From positions 1 to 64,000 of the IMG/VR virus record IMGVR_UViG_3300010366_000012: a stretch of DNA of 64,000 bases; one strand, given 5' to 3'. This DNA comes from a virus. Taxonomy: Duplodnaviria; Caudoviricetes. Of the stretch, positions 1 through 8,378 are shown piece by piece. The notes under the pieces are model-generated. The model made no database searches, was not told where the DNA came from, and saw only the letters and a program-made list of their open reading frames with translations. The position numbers were made by a program, and so were the translations under genes. Each line of letters starts with the position of its first letter. Position 1 is the first letter of the stretch.

Positions 1-804
1 ATCGCTTTCTTGCGCGGGCCGACCGCCAGCGGCAAGAGCGCGCTGCTCAACGTCGCGGTCAAGGTGATGGGCGAGCTGGCCCACGAGTCCTCGACCCAGC
101 TGATCACCGTGCAGCGGTTCGGCAGGAACGCCCGGGTCGAGAACTCGATCCGGGGGCGCAGGCTGGTGGCCATCACCGAGGCGTCCGGGCACCTGATCTT
201 GGACGAAGCCCAGCTGAAGAGATTGACCGGCGAAAAGGTAGTGGCGATCGACAGGCACTACAGCAAGGAGCAGCTCCGCTCGAAGGTGGTCTGGCTGATC
301 CTGCTGGCGACCAACGAAATGGCCAGCCTGGCCAACCCGGACGAGGCGCTGCAGCGCCGGATGCTGGTCGTGCCCATGGGCGCGTCCCTGCCGGAGTGGG
401 AGCGCATGCTCGACATAGACGACAAGATTGCCGCGGAAGAGGCTGAAGGGGTGCTGGCCCTGCTGGTCTGGGGCTACCAGCAGGTCATGGCCGAAGGGCT
501 GCAGCCGCCACCGGAGGTGATCGCGGCGTCGGCTGAGTACGCTGCCGAGCAGAACACTGTTGACAGCTTCGTCAAGGACTGCTGCATCATCCGGGGTGCC
601 AGCGTGAACGGCCAGGGACCGGCACGGGCGGGCATGCACCGCGTGTGGCAAGCCTACGAGTGGTACACCCAGCGCAGCGGCGCGAGGCTGCCGAAGATGG
701 AGTTTAAGCAGCAATTCTCGCGGTATCCGGGTGTGCAACCGGTCGAAAACAGGCGATGGTATGAAGGCGTGGAGCTGCAGCCATGGGTGGAGAGTGAGCT
801 GTGA
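1..804 (+). CDS. D5/P4-family primase-helicase, C-terminal SF3 helicase part (5'-truncated by the window)
   Basis: Frame is open from base 1. Walker A GPTASGKS, Walker B-like LVAITEAS, 'LKRLTGEK' and 'LATNEM...ALQRRMLVVP' are typical of phage/plasmid P4-type primase C-termini; C-terminal winged-helix-like segment. Confidence 0.88.
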   Translation: MAFLRGPTASGKSALLNVAVKVMGELAHESSTQLITVQRFGRNARVENSIRGRRLVAITEASGHLILDEAQLKRLTGEKVVAIDRHYSKEQLRSKVVWLILLATNEMASLANPDEALQRRMLVVPMGASLPEWERMLDIDDKIAAEEAEGVLALLVWGYQQVMAEGLQPPPEVIAASAEYAAEQNTVDSFVKDCCIIRGASVNGQGPARAGMHRVWQAYEWYTQRSGARLPKMEFKQQFSRYPGVQPVENRRWYEGVELQPWVESEL

Positions 805-807
805 ATC

Positions 808-1090
808 TGCGAAGATTTGCGAAGATCTGGGATCTACGAGAATCTCAGAGGATGGAATGTTCCTCACAAACTGCGCACTCTGTGCGCTTGTACCTACTAG
901 TTGCTCACTTTGCGCAGTTTCAGAGTAAGAGTCCCGCATGCGAGGGAAGGGGTAAGTATAGGGAGAGAATGTTCCTCAGAAACTGCGCAAACTGCGCACC
1001 ATGGAGAGGGAGAGGATTTGCGAAGATTTAGGATGATGGGGCAGGTAAGATGCATGGTGAAGGAGCAGGAGAAGGCGCACGTTTGCGCAG
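808..1090. repeat. Iteron-like direct and inverted repeats, candidate replication origin
   Basis: GAATGTTCCTCA(C/G)AAACTGCGCA at 855-877 and 967-989; extra AACTGCGCA copy at ~990 and inverted TTTGCGCAG at 909 and 1082; GATTTGCGAAGAT at 814 and 1015. Lies directly after the primase gene. Confidence 0.55.
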
Positions 1091-1759
1091 GTGATGTTCG
1101 CGCTCCGCGCGGACCCTCAGGACAGGGAGAAGGGTGTGACAACGTACAGCGCCTGGCTCGATGACCAGGCAAAACACAGGATGCCGGGGCCGGTGGGGAC
1201 GGTGGCGGCCATGTGGTTCGAGGCCAAGGGCACGCGCCCGCGGTACTCGACCATCGAGAAGGTCAACGCCGAGATCGACAAAATGTGGTCTGAGCTGGGC
1301 GGATACGACAAGAATGCGGCTGGTCACGCGCTCTACCTGGCCGCTTCGGCCTACCAGCAGCGCGACCGGCCTGCTGATGGTCCTCATGGTGCGGAGCCCC
1401 GTGGCGTTCCTGCAGCTCAGGAGCCTGCTGAGCGCACCCTGCCGGAGACATTCGACCAGGCCGCGATCCCGGCCATGTTCGCCGCGATCGGCCGGGTCGA
1501 GAGCAAGCTGGATGCGGTGCTGGCCTGGCAAAACGCCCAGGATGCGCGCCTGGAGCCCATCACGCGGCTGCTGGAGGCCCTCGGGGATGCCGAGGACGAG
1601 GCGGACACCGCCGACGAGCTGGGGACGCTCCCAGCGCCGCAGGATGGCGTTCCTGCAGGTGACGGGCTCACAGCGCGGGCTTTCTACGGCGGGCACATCC
1701 TCACGCCCGCGCATATGGACGCGCTCGCGGACGGCGCGACCCTGGAAGAGGGCGAATAA
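1091..1759 (+). CDS. Hypothetical protein; N-terminus weakly resembles YozE/SAM-like phage domains
   Basis: 222-aa ORF with genome-typical codon use; segment TTYSAWLDDQ...PGPVGTVAAMW. Confidence 0.65.
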   Translation: MMFALRADPQDREKGVTTYSAWLDDQAKHRMPGPVGTVAAMWFEAKGTRPRYSTIEKVNAEIDKMWSELGGYDKNAAGHALYLAASAYQQRDRPADGPHGAEPRGVPAAQEPAERTLPETFDQAAIPAMFAAIGRVESKLDAVLAWQNAQDARLEPITRLLEALGDAEDEADTADELGTLPAPQDGVPAGDGLTARAFYGGHILTPAHMDALADGATLEEGE

Positions 1760-1960
1760 TCGCGCATAATAGGGCGAATCTAGGCAAAGCGCCTATATAG
1801 GGCGCATATATGAGGCTTGTGTGAACTGGACTGCGTATATAAGCGTTCTGAGCAGCCTGTTCATAATGAGCTATATGTGGCCTGTATATACGAATGTGCT
1901 ATATAGGCTCTATTTGAGGCACATATGCGCAGATGAGCTATATGTCGCATATGCGCGCAT
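1760..1960. repeat. AT-rich tract with repeated TATAT/CATATG motifs and a near-palindrome
   Basis: Clearly lower GC than the flanks; GCGCCTATATAGGGCGC near-palindrome at ~1789-1805; repeated ATGAGCTATATGT. Confidence 0.55.
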
Positions 1961-2312
1961 ACTCGCAGCTCAGCAGCCTGGCCAGCGTGCTGTTGCGCAG
2001 TACGCTGGCCCTCCTGCTGCCAGGCCCGAGCCCATCGCTGAGGATGGGGGCCTTCTGCGAGAGGGTGGCCATCCCCGGAGGGCAGCCCTCGGCAGCTCGC
2101 TCGATGTGATCGGCCATGAGGTGGCGATCTGGGGGCATGCGCACTGGCCAGCCTCGCAGGCTGGCTGCGTGCTCTGCGCGATCGAGCGCGAGCTGCCGGA
2201 GGGTTTGCCCGCCGCTGCGATCGGGCTACCTCCCACTAGCCCCCTCCGCACTGGCACCGTTCCGCCCGCCATCCCCCGCGAGGATGAGTTCTTCCACGAC
2301 GGGACCGGCTAG
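1821..2312 (+). CDS. Hypothetical protein (start uncertain; 5' part overlaps the AT-rich tract)
   Basis: 163-aa ORF; only the 3' part has GC-rich coding character. Confidence 0.35.
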   Translation: MNWTAYISVLSSLFIMSYMWPVYTNVLYRLYLRHICADELYVAYARILAAQQPGQRAVAQYAGPPAARPEPIAEDGGLLREGGHPRRAALGSSLDVIGHEVAIWGHAHWPASQAGCVLCAIERELPEGLPAAAIGLPPTSPLRTGTVPPAIPREDEFFHDGTG

Positions 2313-2349
2313 GCTGTCCCCCGGTCCCCGCTAGGACCGAGGTGCCCCC

Positions 2350-2496
2350 GTGTTTCCCCGTGCCGTGATCGCGCGGGCCTCCGGCGTGCTCCTGGCCGCT
2401 GGCATCATCTGCTACGCCCTCGGCTTCCCCCTGCCCTCAGCCCTGTTGTGCGGTGGCGGCCTGCTGCTGGCCCTCGCCCTCGCGCTGCCCGACTAG
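2350..2496 (+). CDS. Small membrane protein (48 aa)
   Basis: Read by hand: GTG start after GAGG; MFPRAVIARASGVLLAAGIICYALGFPLPSALLCGGGLLLALALALPD, two hydrophobic segments. Confidence 0.6.
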   Translation: MFPRAVIARASGVLLAAGIICYALGFPLPSALLCGGGLLLALALALPD

Positions 2497-2511
2497 CCCG
2501 CTGGAGCCCCT

Positions 2512-2841
2512 GTGCCCGGATTTGCCCGCCTCGACGGCCCTGCCCCTGCTCCCCCCGGAGCCCTGTTCTGCGCGCTGTGCGCCGGGCTGGCCAAGTTCGC
2601 CGCCATGAAGGACATCGGCCCCGAGGTCACCAGCCACGAGGTGCGCGGTGATGGCACCCGCGCCTGGCCGCTCGCCCTGCCCGAGCCCCCGGCTCTCGCG
2701 GTGGCCTGGGGACTGGTGCCGCAGCTGGGCGCGGCCCTGCCGCTGTGCTGGACCCACCTGGCCGCGATCGACAACCGGGCCTCGGGCATCCTGCCCGCCA
2801 CCGGCATGCCCCCCGGCCCGGTGCTGCTGGACGGGCATTGA
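2512..2841 (+). CDS. Hypothetical protein with CxxC
   Basis: 109-aa ORF with GC3-rich codons, in line with neighbouring genes. Confidence 0.6.
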   Translation: MPGFARLDGPAPAPPGALFCALCAGLAKFAAMKDIGPEVTSHEVRGDGTRAWPLALPEPPALAVAWGLVPQLGAALPLCWTHLAAIDNRASGILPATGMPPGPVLLDGH

Positions 2842-3248
2842 TCTCCGGCTACTGCGCCCTCGGCCGCTGCCGCGACTGCGCCTCTCCCGCGTGCCGCTGC
2901 CCCTGTCATGCCGCGCCGCAGGCCAGCGGGATAGCCCCTCCGCTGGCCTGCGACTTCACGGCAACTCCCCGCGCAGCCCTGCGGCCTGCGTTAGGTTGCC
3001 GGGGACAGGTGCATCACGCCCTGCTGCTGCCAGGCTCCAGGCCGTGCGCACTCGCTCCGTCTCGGAGGATAGCCCGTGCCCGGCCCCCTGCGCCGCGCGT
3101 TCCCCGCCGCTGCCGCGATCGTGATCACCGCCCTGGCCTGGCAGCTCACCGCCGCCTCGGCCGCCCCCCTCCCCCCTGCTCACCTGCGCCCGGTGCCCGC
3201 CCGCCCCCCGGTCCTCCAGATAGCGGCACCTCCCCCAGGCCCCGCTGA
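2838..3248 (+). CDS. Possible small Cys/His-rich zinc-binding protein (C-terminal extent doubtful)
   Basis: TTG start overlaps the upstream stop (TTGA); N-terminus ISGYCALGRCRDCASPACRCPCH; the 3' part overlaps the next gene. Confidence 0.3.
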   Translation: MISGYCALGRCRDCASPACRCPCHAAPQASGIAPPLACDFTATPRAALRPALGCRGQVHHALLLPGSRPCALAPSRRIARARPPAPRVPRRCRDRDHRPGLAAHRRLGRPPPPCSPAPGARPPPGPPDSGTSPRPR

Positions 3249-3828
3249 CGCCGCGGTGGCCATCCGGCGAGCGCACCTCGCTGCTGCCGCGCGCTCCGCG
3301 CCCGCCCCGGTCACCGCGGCGGCCAGCGCCCGCCCCCGCCCCGGCGACTCGCTCTCGGCCCTTGCCGCGCGCTACTGCCACGACGCGGCCGACTGGCCGT
3401 CCCTGTGGCGGGCCAACCTCGGCCGCCTGCCCCGCAACCCCAGCGCGCTGCCCCGCCGTGCCATCATCCGGCTCGACTGCCGCAGGCCCAGCCCGGCCAC
3501 CGCCGCCCGCGCCATGGCCGCGATCCCGCCCCCGCCCCCGCCCCCGCCTGCTAATCCTGCCCCGGCTAGCAGCCAGCTGCCCGCGCCGGTCAGCTACGCC
3601 GCCTCCGGCTTCGAGGCGTGCGTGATCGCCCGCGAGTCCGGTGGCAATCCCGCAGCCGTCAACCCGTCCTCCGGTGCCGGTGGCCTGTACCAGTTCCTGC
3701 CCTCGACCTGGCAGAGCCTCGGCTACTCCGGCTCCCCGCAGGACGCGAGCCCCTCAGTCCAGCGGGCTGCCTTCGAGCAGCTCTATGCCAGCCAGGGCTC
3801 CGCGCCCTGGTCCTCGGACGGTTGTTAG
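3076..3828 (+). CDS. Secreted LysM + Rpf/SceD-like lytic transglycosylase
   Basis: Signal-peptide-like N-terminus; LysM-like RPGDSLSALAARY...LWRAN...NP; Pro linker; C-terminal CVIARESGGNPAAVNPSSGAGGLYQFLPSTW...QG..PW with catalytic Glu. Confidence 0.9.
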   Translation: MPGPLRRAFPAAAAIVITALAWQLTAASAAPLPPAHLRPVPARPPVLQIAAPPPGPADAAVAIRRAHLAAAARSAPAPVTAAASARPRPGDSLSALAARYCHDAADWPSLWRANLGRLPRNPSALPRRAIIRLDCRRPSPATAARAMAAIPPPPPPPPANPAPASSQLPAPVSYAASGFEACVIARESGGNPAAVNPSSGAGGLYQFLPSTWQSLGYSGSPQDASPSVQRAAFEQLYASQGSAPWSSDGC

Positions 3829-3898
3829 TGTCAGTACAGCGCGCTGGCCAGGGCTGTCACTGGGCTGGCCCCCGGGCTCCGGCCCTGGCCGGTGCGCG

Positions 3899-4066
3899 CT
3901 GCTGACCGCGATCATCGTAATTACGGGCCTGCTATTCCTCGGCGGCCTCGGCCTCGCCGCCTGGCGGCTGTCCGAGCTGGCCGCCGAGCGGTCGTTCGAG
4001 GGCGTCTCCCGGGCCTGGGACGCCTATCTGGCCAGCCGCTACCGCAGCACGCATCACAGGGCGTAG
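3899..4066 (+). CDS. Small membrane protein (start codon uncertain)
   Basis: LLTAIIVITGLLFLGGLGLAAW transmembrane segment with coding-like codons; no canonical in-frame start found nearby. Confidence 0.4.
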   Translation: MLTAIIVITGLLFLGGLGLAAWRLSELAAERSFEGVSRAWDAYLASRYRSTHHRA

Positions 4067-4262
4067 CCTGGCCGTGCGATGCGGCTCCCACCCGGTAGCC
4101 CACCTCGCCCCCGGGGGCCGGGATCACCGTGACTCCCCCCCTCACGGCCCCGGCCCTCACCTGAAAACGGGCACGTGCCCCTGTAAGTACATTGCTCCCC
4201 GCTGACTCCCCGCTGACCATCCTGTAACATGCCCGCAGCAAGCCAGCTCCCGGGGAGCAGTC

Positions 4263-5852
4263 ATGACCGAGCCCGACCCGACCGTGCCCGACCCGTCCGC
4301 TGCCCCGGACTCCGGCACCCAGCCCCCGGACGCCTCGTCGCTGCCGCTGCCCTCGCCCGGCCAGCTGCCGCCCGATCTCACCCCGCCCGGCTCGGAAGTG
4401 CCGCAGCCGGATGTGCCTACGGACGCCGTGCCGCCCGCGCCTGATGTCCCGGCCGAGCCCGCACCAGCTCCTGAGCCCGCGCCTGACGTCCCGGCTCCTG
4501 ACGTGCCCGCCCCGGATGCGCCACCGGCCCCGGATGCGCCTGCGCCTGACGTGCCAGCGCCGCCTCCCACTGGTGACGCTGGGCCGCCCCCAGACCAGCC
4601 GCTCCCGGTGCCCGAGCAGCCCGCGCCGCCGACTGACGCGCCGACTGCCGGGCCAGATTCGCCAGCTCCTGAGCCGCCAGCTCCTGACGCGCCTGTTGAT
4701 ACCACCCCTGCACCTGATCAGCCAGCGGAACCTGCGCCCGCGCCAGATGCGCCAGCGCCACCTGACGCGACGTCTCCACCGGATCAGCCGCCTGCAGACG
4801 GTGGATCAGCTCCTGATAGTGGCCCGGGTGCGGACCCAGGATCTGCCACAGGCCCCGCGGACCCGGGAACTGCTCCTGATCAGCCAGCGCCGACTGACGG
4901 CCAGCCCCCGCCAGATAGCCCTGCCCCGCCCGAGCCAGCACCCGCCCCAGAACCGCTGCCTGATACGCCAGCGCCGGACCAGCCACCTGCTCCAGAGCCA
5001 GCGCCAGGGCCTGCACCCGAGCCCCCAGCTCCTGAGCCACCGGCTCCAGAGCCCGCGCCAGATCAGCCAGCTCCTGCACCTGATCCTGTGCCGGAGCCCC
5101 CGGCCCCGGAGCCGAGTCCTCCAGATGCACCGCCACCACCGGAACCTGATCCATCTACGCCTCCCGATCCCGGGCAGCCACCTGCTCCAGAGCCTGTTCC
5201 AGAGCCTCCCGCACCGGAGCCGACGCCAGAGCCGCCCGCGCCAGAGCCAGCGCCAGAGCCTGAGCCCCCATCGCCTGAGCCAGCTCCTGCACCTGAGCCT
5301 GAGCCTCAGCCACCACCCGCAGAGCCTGAGCCGCCCGCGCCTCAGCCTGAGCCCGAGCCTGAGCCACCCGAATCACCTCCTGAGCCTGACGTCCCGGTCC
5401 CGATGCCGCCCCCGGTAGCCGAGCCGAGCCCGCCTGTCCCTGACATCCCACCGGGCCAGCCCGCGCCCGAGCCCGCCCCTGCCCCCGATGACGGCAGCGG
5501 GCCACCGGAAACGCCGCCCGCGCCGGAGCCGCCCGTGCCGTGGCCGGGACCGGCCCCCAGCCAGGAGCCGTCCGACACCGCGACCAGCAACGAGAACCCG
5601 GTCCTGCCGCACACCGCGGCGGCGGGCGCGGCCAGGGCAGCGGCGGTGTTCGAGCGCATGTTCACCATTGCCCAGGATGCCACCAGCGCCGACGCCAGCG
5701 CCGACGACAAGGACTTCGCGCTGCAGCGCATCCTGGCCATTGCCGAGGCCGCGATCGGGGATGTCGGCCGGTTCGCCCCGGCCGCGATGCGCCAGGCCGC
5801 CTCCGACCAGGTGGCCCAGATGGTGGCCGAGCAGGCACCCCCGCAGGGGTGA
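4263..5852 (+). CDS. Very Pro-rich low-complexity protein (529 aa) with a helical C-terminal domain
   Basis: About 440 aa of PAPE/PAPD/PEP repeats followed by ~90 aa of ordinary helical sequence; RBS GGGGAG before ATG. Confidence 0.8.
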   Translation: MTEPDPTVPDPSAAPDSGTQPPDASSLPLPSPGQLPPDLTPPGSEVPQPDVPTDAVPPAPDVPAEPAPAPEPAPDVPAPDVPAPDAPPAPDAPAPDVPAPPPTGDAGPPPDQPLPVPEQPAPPTDAPTAGPDSPAPEPPAPDAPVDTTPAPDQPAEPAPAPDAPAPPDATSPPDQPPADGGSAPDSGPGADPGSATGPADPGTAPDQPAPTDGQPPPDSPAPPEPAPAPEPLPDTPAPDQPPAPEPAPGPAPEPPAPEPPAPEPAPDQPAPAPDPVPEPPAPEPSPPDAPPPPEPDPSTPPDPGQPPAPEPVPEPPAPEPTPEPPAPEPAPEPEPPSPEPAPAPEPEPQPPPAEPEPPAPQPEPEPEPPESPPEPDVPVPMPPPVAEPSPPVPDIPPGQPAPEPAPAPDDGSGPPETPPAPEPPVPWPGPAPSQEPSDTATSNENPVLPHTAAAGAARAAAVFERMFTIAQDATSADASADDKDFALQRILAIAEAAIGDVGRFAPAAMRQAASDQVAQMVAEQAPPQG

Positions 5853-5930
5853 CGCAGATCGGGGCAGCACCCCGGTGCTGGCACACAGCGGGGACCATGT
5901 GCCGGGGTGCTTCCCTTCCCGGGAGGCAGC

Positions 5931-6650
5931 ATGCGCATCGTTCAGCCGGGGGAAGGCCCGAACCTGTGCGCCTGGCCTGCCGGGTGCCGCATCCACGAGA
6001 TCGACGGGCTGGAGTTCTGCCTGCAGCACGTGCCGGATGACCTGCTCGAAGAGGCTGAGGACGTCTCCGGGCACCAGCGCTGCCGCCGCCACTTCGGCCA
6101 GGATGACGCCTGCCGCCAGGTGGCGGTGAAGGGCACCAGTCCCCCGGCCTGCAAGAACCACGGCGCGAACCTGGGCAGCGTGAAGTCCAAGCAAGCCTCG
6201 ATGAACGTGGTGCAGGGCCGGGTCAGCGACCGGCTCACCGAGATCATGGGCGAGCACGGGGACCGGCTGCTGAGGCCGCGGCAGCTCGGCAACCCGCTTG
6301 AAGAGCTGCTGCAGCTCGCGCGGGAAATGGCCGAGTGGAAAGACATCATGCGGGAGATCACGGTCTACCTGCTGAAGCGCAACGACATCCGGGCCGGGTC
6401 GGCACGGGTCGGGGAGCAGATCCGCGCCGAGGTGCTGCTGTACGAGCGGGCGCAGGAGCGGCTGGCGGCGATCTTGCTGCAGATCCAGCGGGCCGGGATC
6501 GAGGCGGCGCTGGCCCGGATCACCGCCGAGCAGGCCAAGCAGGTAGACACCGCGCTGCGGATGGCGCTGACCGCGACGGGGCTCCCGCTGGTCGAGCAGG
6601 AGCAGGCCCGCCAGGTGCTGCGGCGGGAGCTGGTGAAGGCCACGGCGTGA
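5931..6650 (+). CDS. terS: Probable terminase small subunit
   Basis: GGAGG RBS; overlaps the terL start (GTGA); Cys/His motif 'C...CKNHGA' and helical C-terminus as in actinophage TerS-like proteins. Confidence 0.65.
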   Translation: MRIVQPGEGPNLCAWPAGCRIHEIDGLEFCLQHVPDDLLEEAEDVSGHQRCRRHFGQDDACRQVAVKGTSPPACKNHGANLGSVKSKQASMNVVQGRVSDRLTEIMGEHGDRLLRPRQLGNPLEELLQLAREMAEWKDIMREITVYLLKRNDIRAGSARVGEQIRAEVLLYERAQERLAAILLQIQRAGIEAALARITAEQAKQVDTALRMALTATGLPLVEQEQARQVLRRELVKATA

Positions 6651-8272
6651 GCTTCCAGCAGGCCATGCGGCAGGTGGCCGAGGGCTACAAGGGCGAGTCC
6701 GATGACCCGCGGCTGGTGTGGCGGCTGGGCGACCGGCAGGGCCGCAAGGCCCGCCCGGAGCAGCTCCTGCCCCCCGTCGCGGACGCCTGGCGGGTGATCT
6801 ACTTCCAGGGCGGCCGGGGGTCCGGCAAGACCCGCGCGGGCGCGCAGGGCCTGGCCGACTGGGTGCTCGATGACACCGATGGCGAGGGCGAGTACGGCAT
6901 CGTCGCGCCGACCTACGCCGACGCCTGGACGAAGTGCGTCGAGGGCAAGTCCGGGCTGCTGAAGGCGCTCGGCACCTCGATGGCCGAGATCCGCGACCAC
7001 CGGTCCAAGACCGTCAAGCACGCCTGGCGCACCTACGGCCAGGTGATCCTGCACAACGGCATCGTGATCTACGCCGACTCAGCTGCCGAGGGCGGCCTTC
7101 GAATACAAGGACGAAATCTAAAGGGTGCCTGGTGTGACGAGGTGGGATTGTGGGAGAAGTGGGAGGTGACCTGGAACGAGTCGCTGCGGTACGCGGTCCG
7201 CGACGGGATCTCCAAGATCATCGCCACCGGGACGCCTAAGGCATCCCGCCCGGCGCGCAAGCTGGTCCGGGCGCTGATCCGCAACGACCCCGGCGAGGGC
7301 GGGGTGGTCGTCCGCCGCCTGCGCACCGTGGACAACGCGGCCAACCTGTCACCCGAGTTCCTGCGCGCGGTGGTCGGCGCGGCGCAGGGCACCCGGCTGG
7401 AGCGGCAGGAGCTGGAGGGCGACCTGCTCGATGACGTCGCCAACGCGCTGTGGACCCGGGATCTGCTCGACTCGATCCGCATCGACTACTGGCCGTCCCA
7501 GCTGCGGATGATCAAGATCGGCGTGGACCCCTCGGACGGCGGCGAGACGTCCGACGAGCAGGCGTACACCGTGGCGGGCCTGGGCATGCCCGAAGATCCC
7601 TGGCCGCTGTGGGTCATGGAGAACTGGGGCGGGCAGGAGGCCCCGGTGCCGTTTGCGCAGCGGGTGATCCGCCGCGCGCTCGCGCTGGAGCGCCAGTTCC
7701 CGGGCACGCCGGTCGAGCTGATTATCGAGAAGAACCACGGCGGCAACTGGCTGAAGGCCACGTTTGCCGAGGTGATCCGGCAGATGAATGTCACGTGCCG
7801 GTACCGGATGATTCACGCCAGCCACGCCAAGCGGACCAGGGCCGAGCCGGTGTCCGCGCAGTATGAGGCGCGCGGCGGGCTGGTCCGGCACTGCCACATC
7901 GCCCGCAAGGTGCAAGGGCACCTGGTGCCCGACACGGGCATGCCCGAGCTGGAGGACCAGATGGCGACGTTCACGGGCGCGCAGGGCGAGCGCAGCCCGG
8001 ACCGCCTTGACAGCCTGGTCTGGGCGCTGTCCCCGTTCCTGATGCGGCAGTTCGGCCCGGCCGGGCCGCACGGGCCGCGCAAGTGGGCGGCCAGCCAGGA
8101 GCTGGAAGCCGCGGGCATGCCCGCCTACTCCCGGCTGCAGCGCCGCCTGGCTGAGGCGCACGGCGGGGCCTACCGCGGCGAGGGCTGGGATCTGGACGAG
8201 TTCGCCCCGGCCAGCGGTCACTACGTGCCCGAGCACGAGGGAGGCCGGGGGAATGTCAAGGGCTGGCGGTGA
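6647..8272 (+). CDS. terL: Terminase large subunit
   Basis: Walker A GGRGSGKT, Walker B AWCDE, 'IIATGTP' coupling motif, nuclease motifs IGVDPS and SPDRLDSLVWAL. Confidence 0.97.
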   Translation: MSFQQAMRQVAEGYKGESDDPRLVWRLGDRQGRKARPEQLLPPVADAWRVIYFQGGRGSGKTRAGAQGLADWVLDDTDGEGEYGIVAPTYADAWTKCVEGKSGLLKALGTSMAEIRDHRSKTVKHAWRTYGQVILHNGIVIYADSAAEGGLRIQGRNLKGAWCDEVGLWEKWEVTWNESLRYAVRDGISKIIATGTPKASRPARKLVRALIRNDPGEGGVVVRRLRTVDNAANLSPEFLRAVVGAAQGTRLERQELEGDLLDDVANALWTRDLLDSIRIDYWPSQLRMIKIGVDPSDGGETSDEQAYTVAGLGMPEDPWPLWVMENWGGQEAPVPFAQRVIRRALALERQFPGTPVELIIEKNHGGNWLKATFAEVIRQMNVTCRYRMIHASHAKRTRAEPVSAQYEARGGLVRHCHIARKVQGHLVPDTGMPELEDQMATFTGAQGERSPDRLDSLVWALSPFLMRQFGPAGPHGPRKWAASQELEAAGMPAYSRLQRRLAEAHGGAYRGEGWDLDEFAPASGHYVPEHEGGRGNVKGWR

Positions 8273-8378
8273 CTTCCTGTCACGCACTGGCCGTGCGGCA
8301 CGGCGGCTGGCAGGATAGCCGCCGAAAGCGGGGGGCCAGCGGGATTCCCCGCGAGATCTCCCTGACGGAGGGGAACCC

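Noticed and set aside
2842-3075. c-di-AMP (ydaO) riboswitch upstream of the Rpf-like gene
   Set aside because: Hairpins are present but the conserved ydaO sequence blocks could not be matched; kept only as a low-interest structured leader.
4263-5500. CRISPR array or non-coding tandem repeat in the Pro-rich region
   Set aside because: The repeats are degenerate and codon-phased, with no constant repeat/unique spacer structure.
6335-6646. Longer N-terminus for TerL as given in the ORF track
   Set aside because: It overlaps terS in another frame; the GTGA-coupled start at 6647 is more plausible. Track starts were similarly shortened for several other genes.
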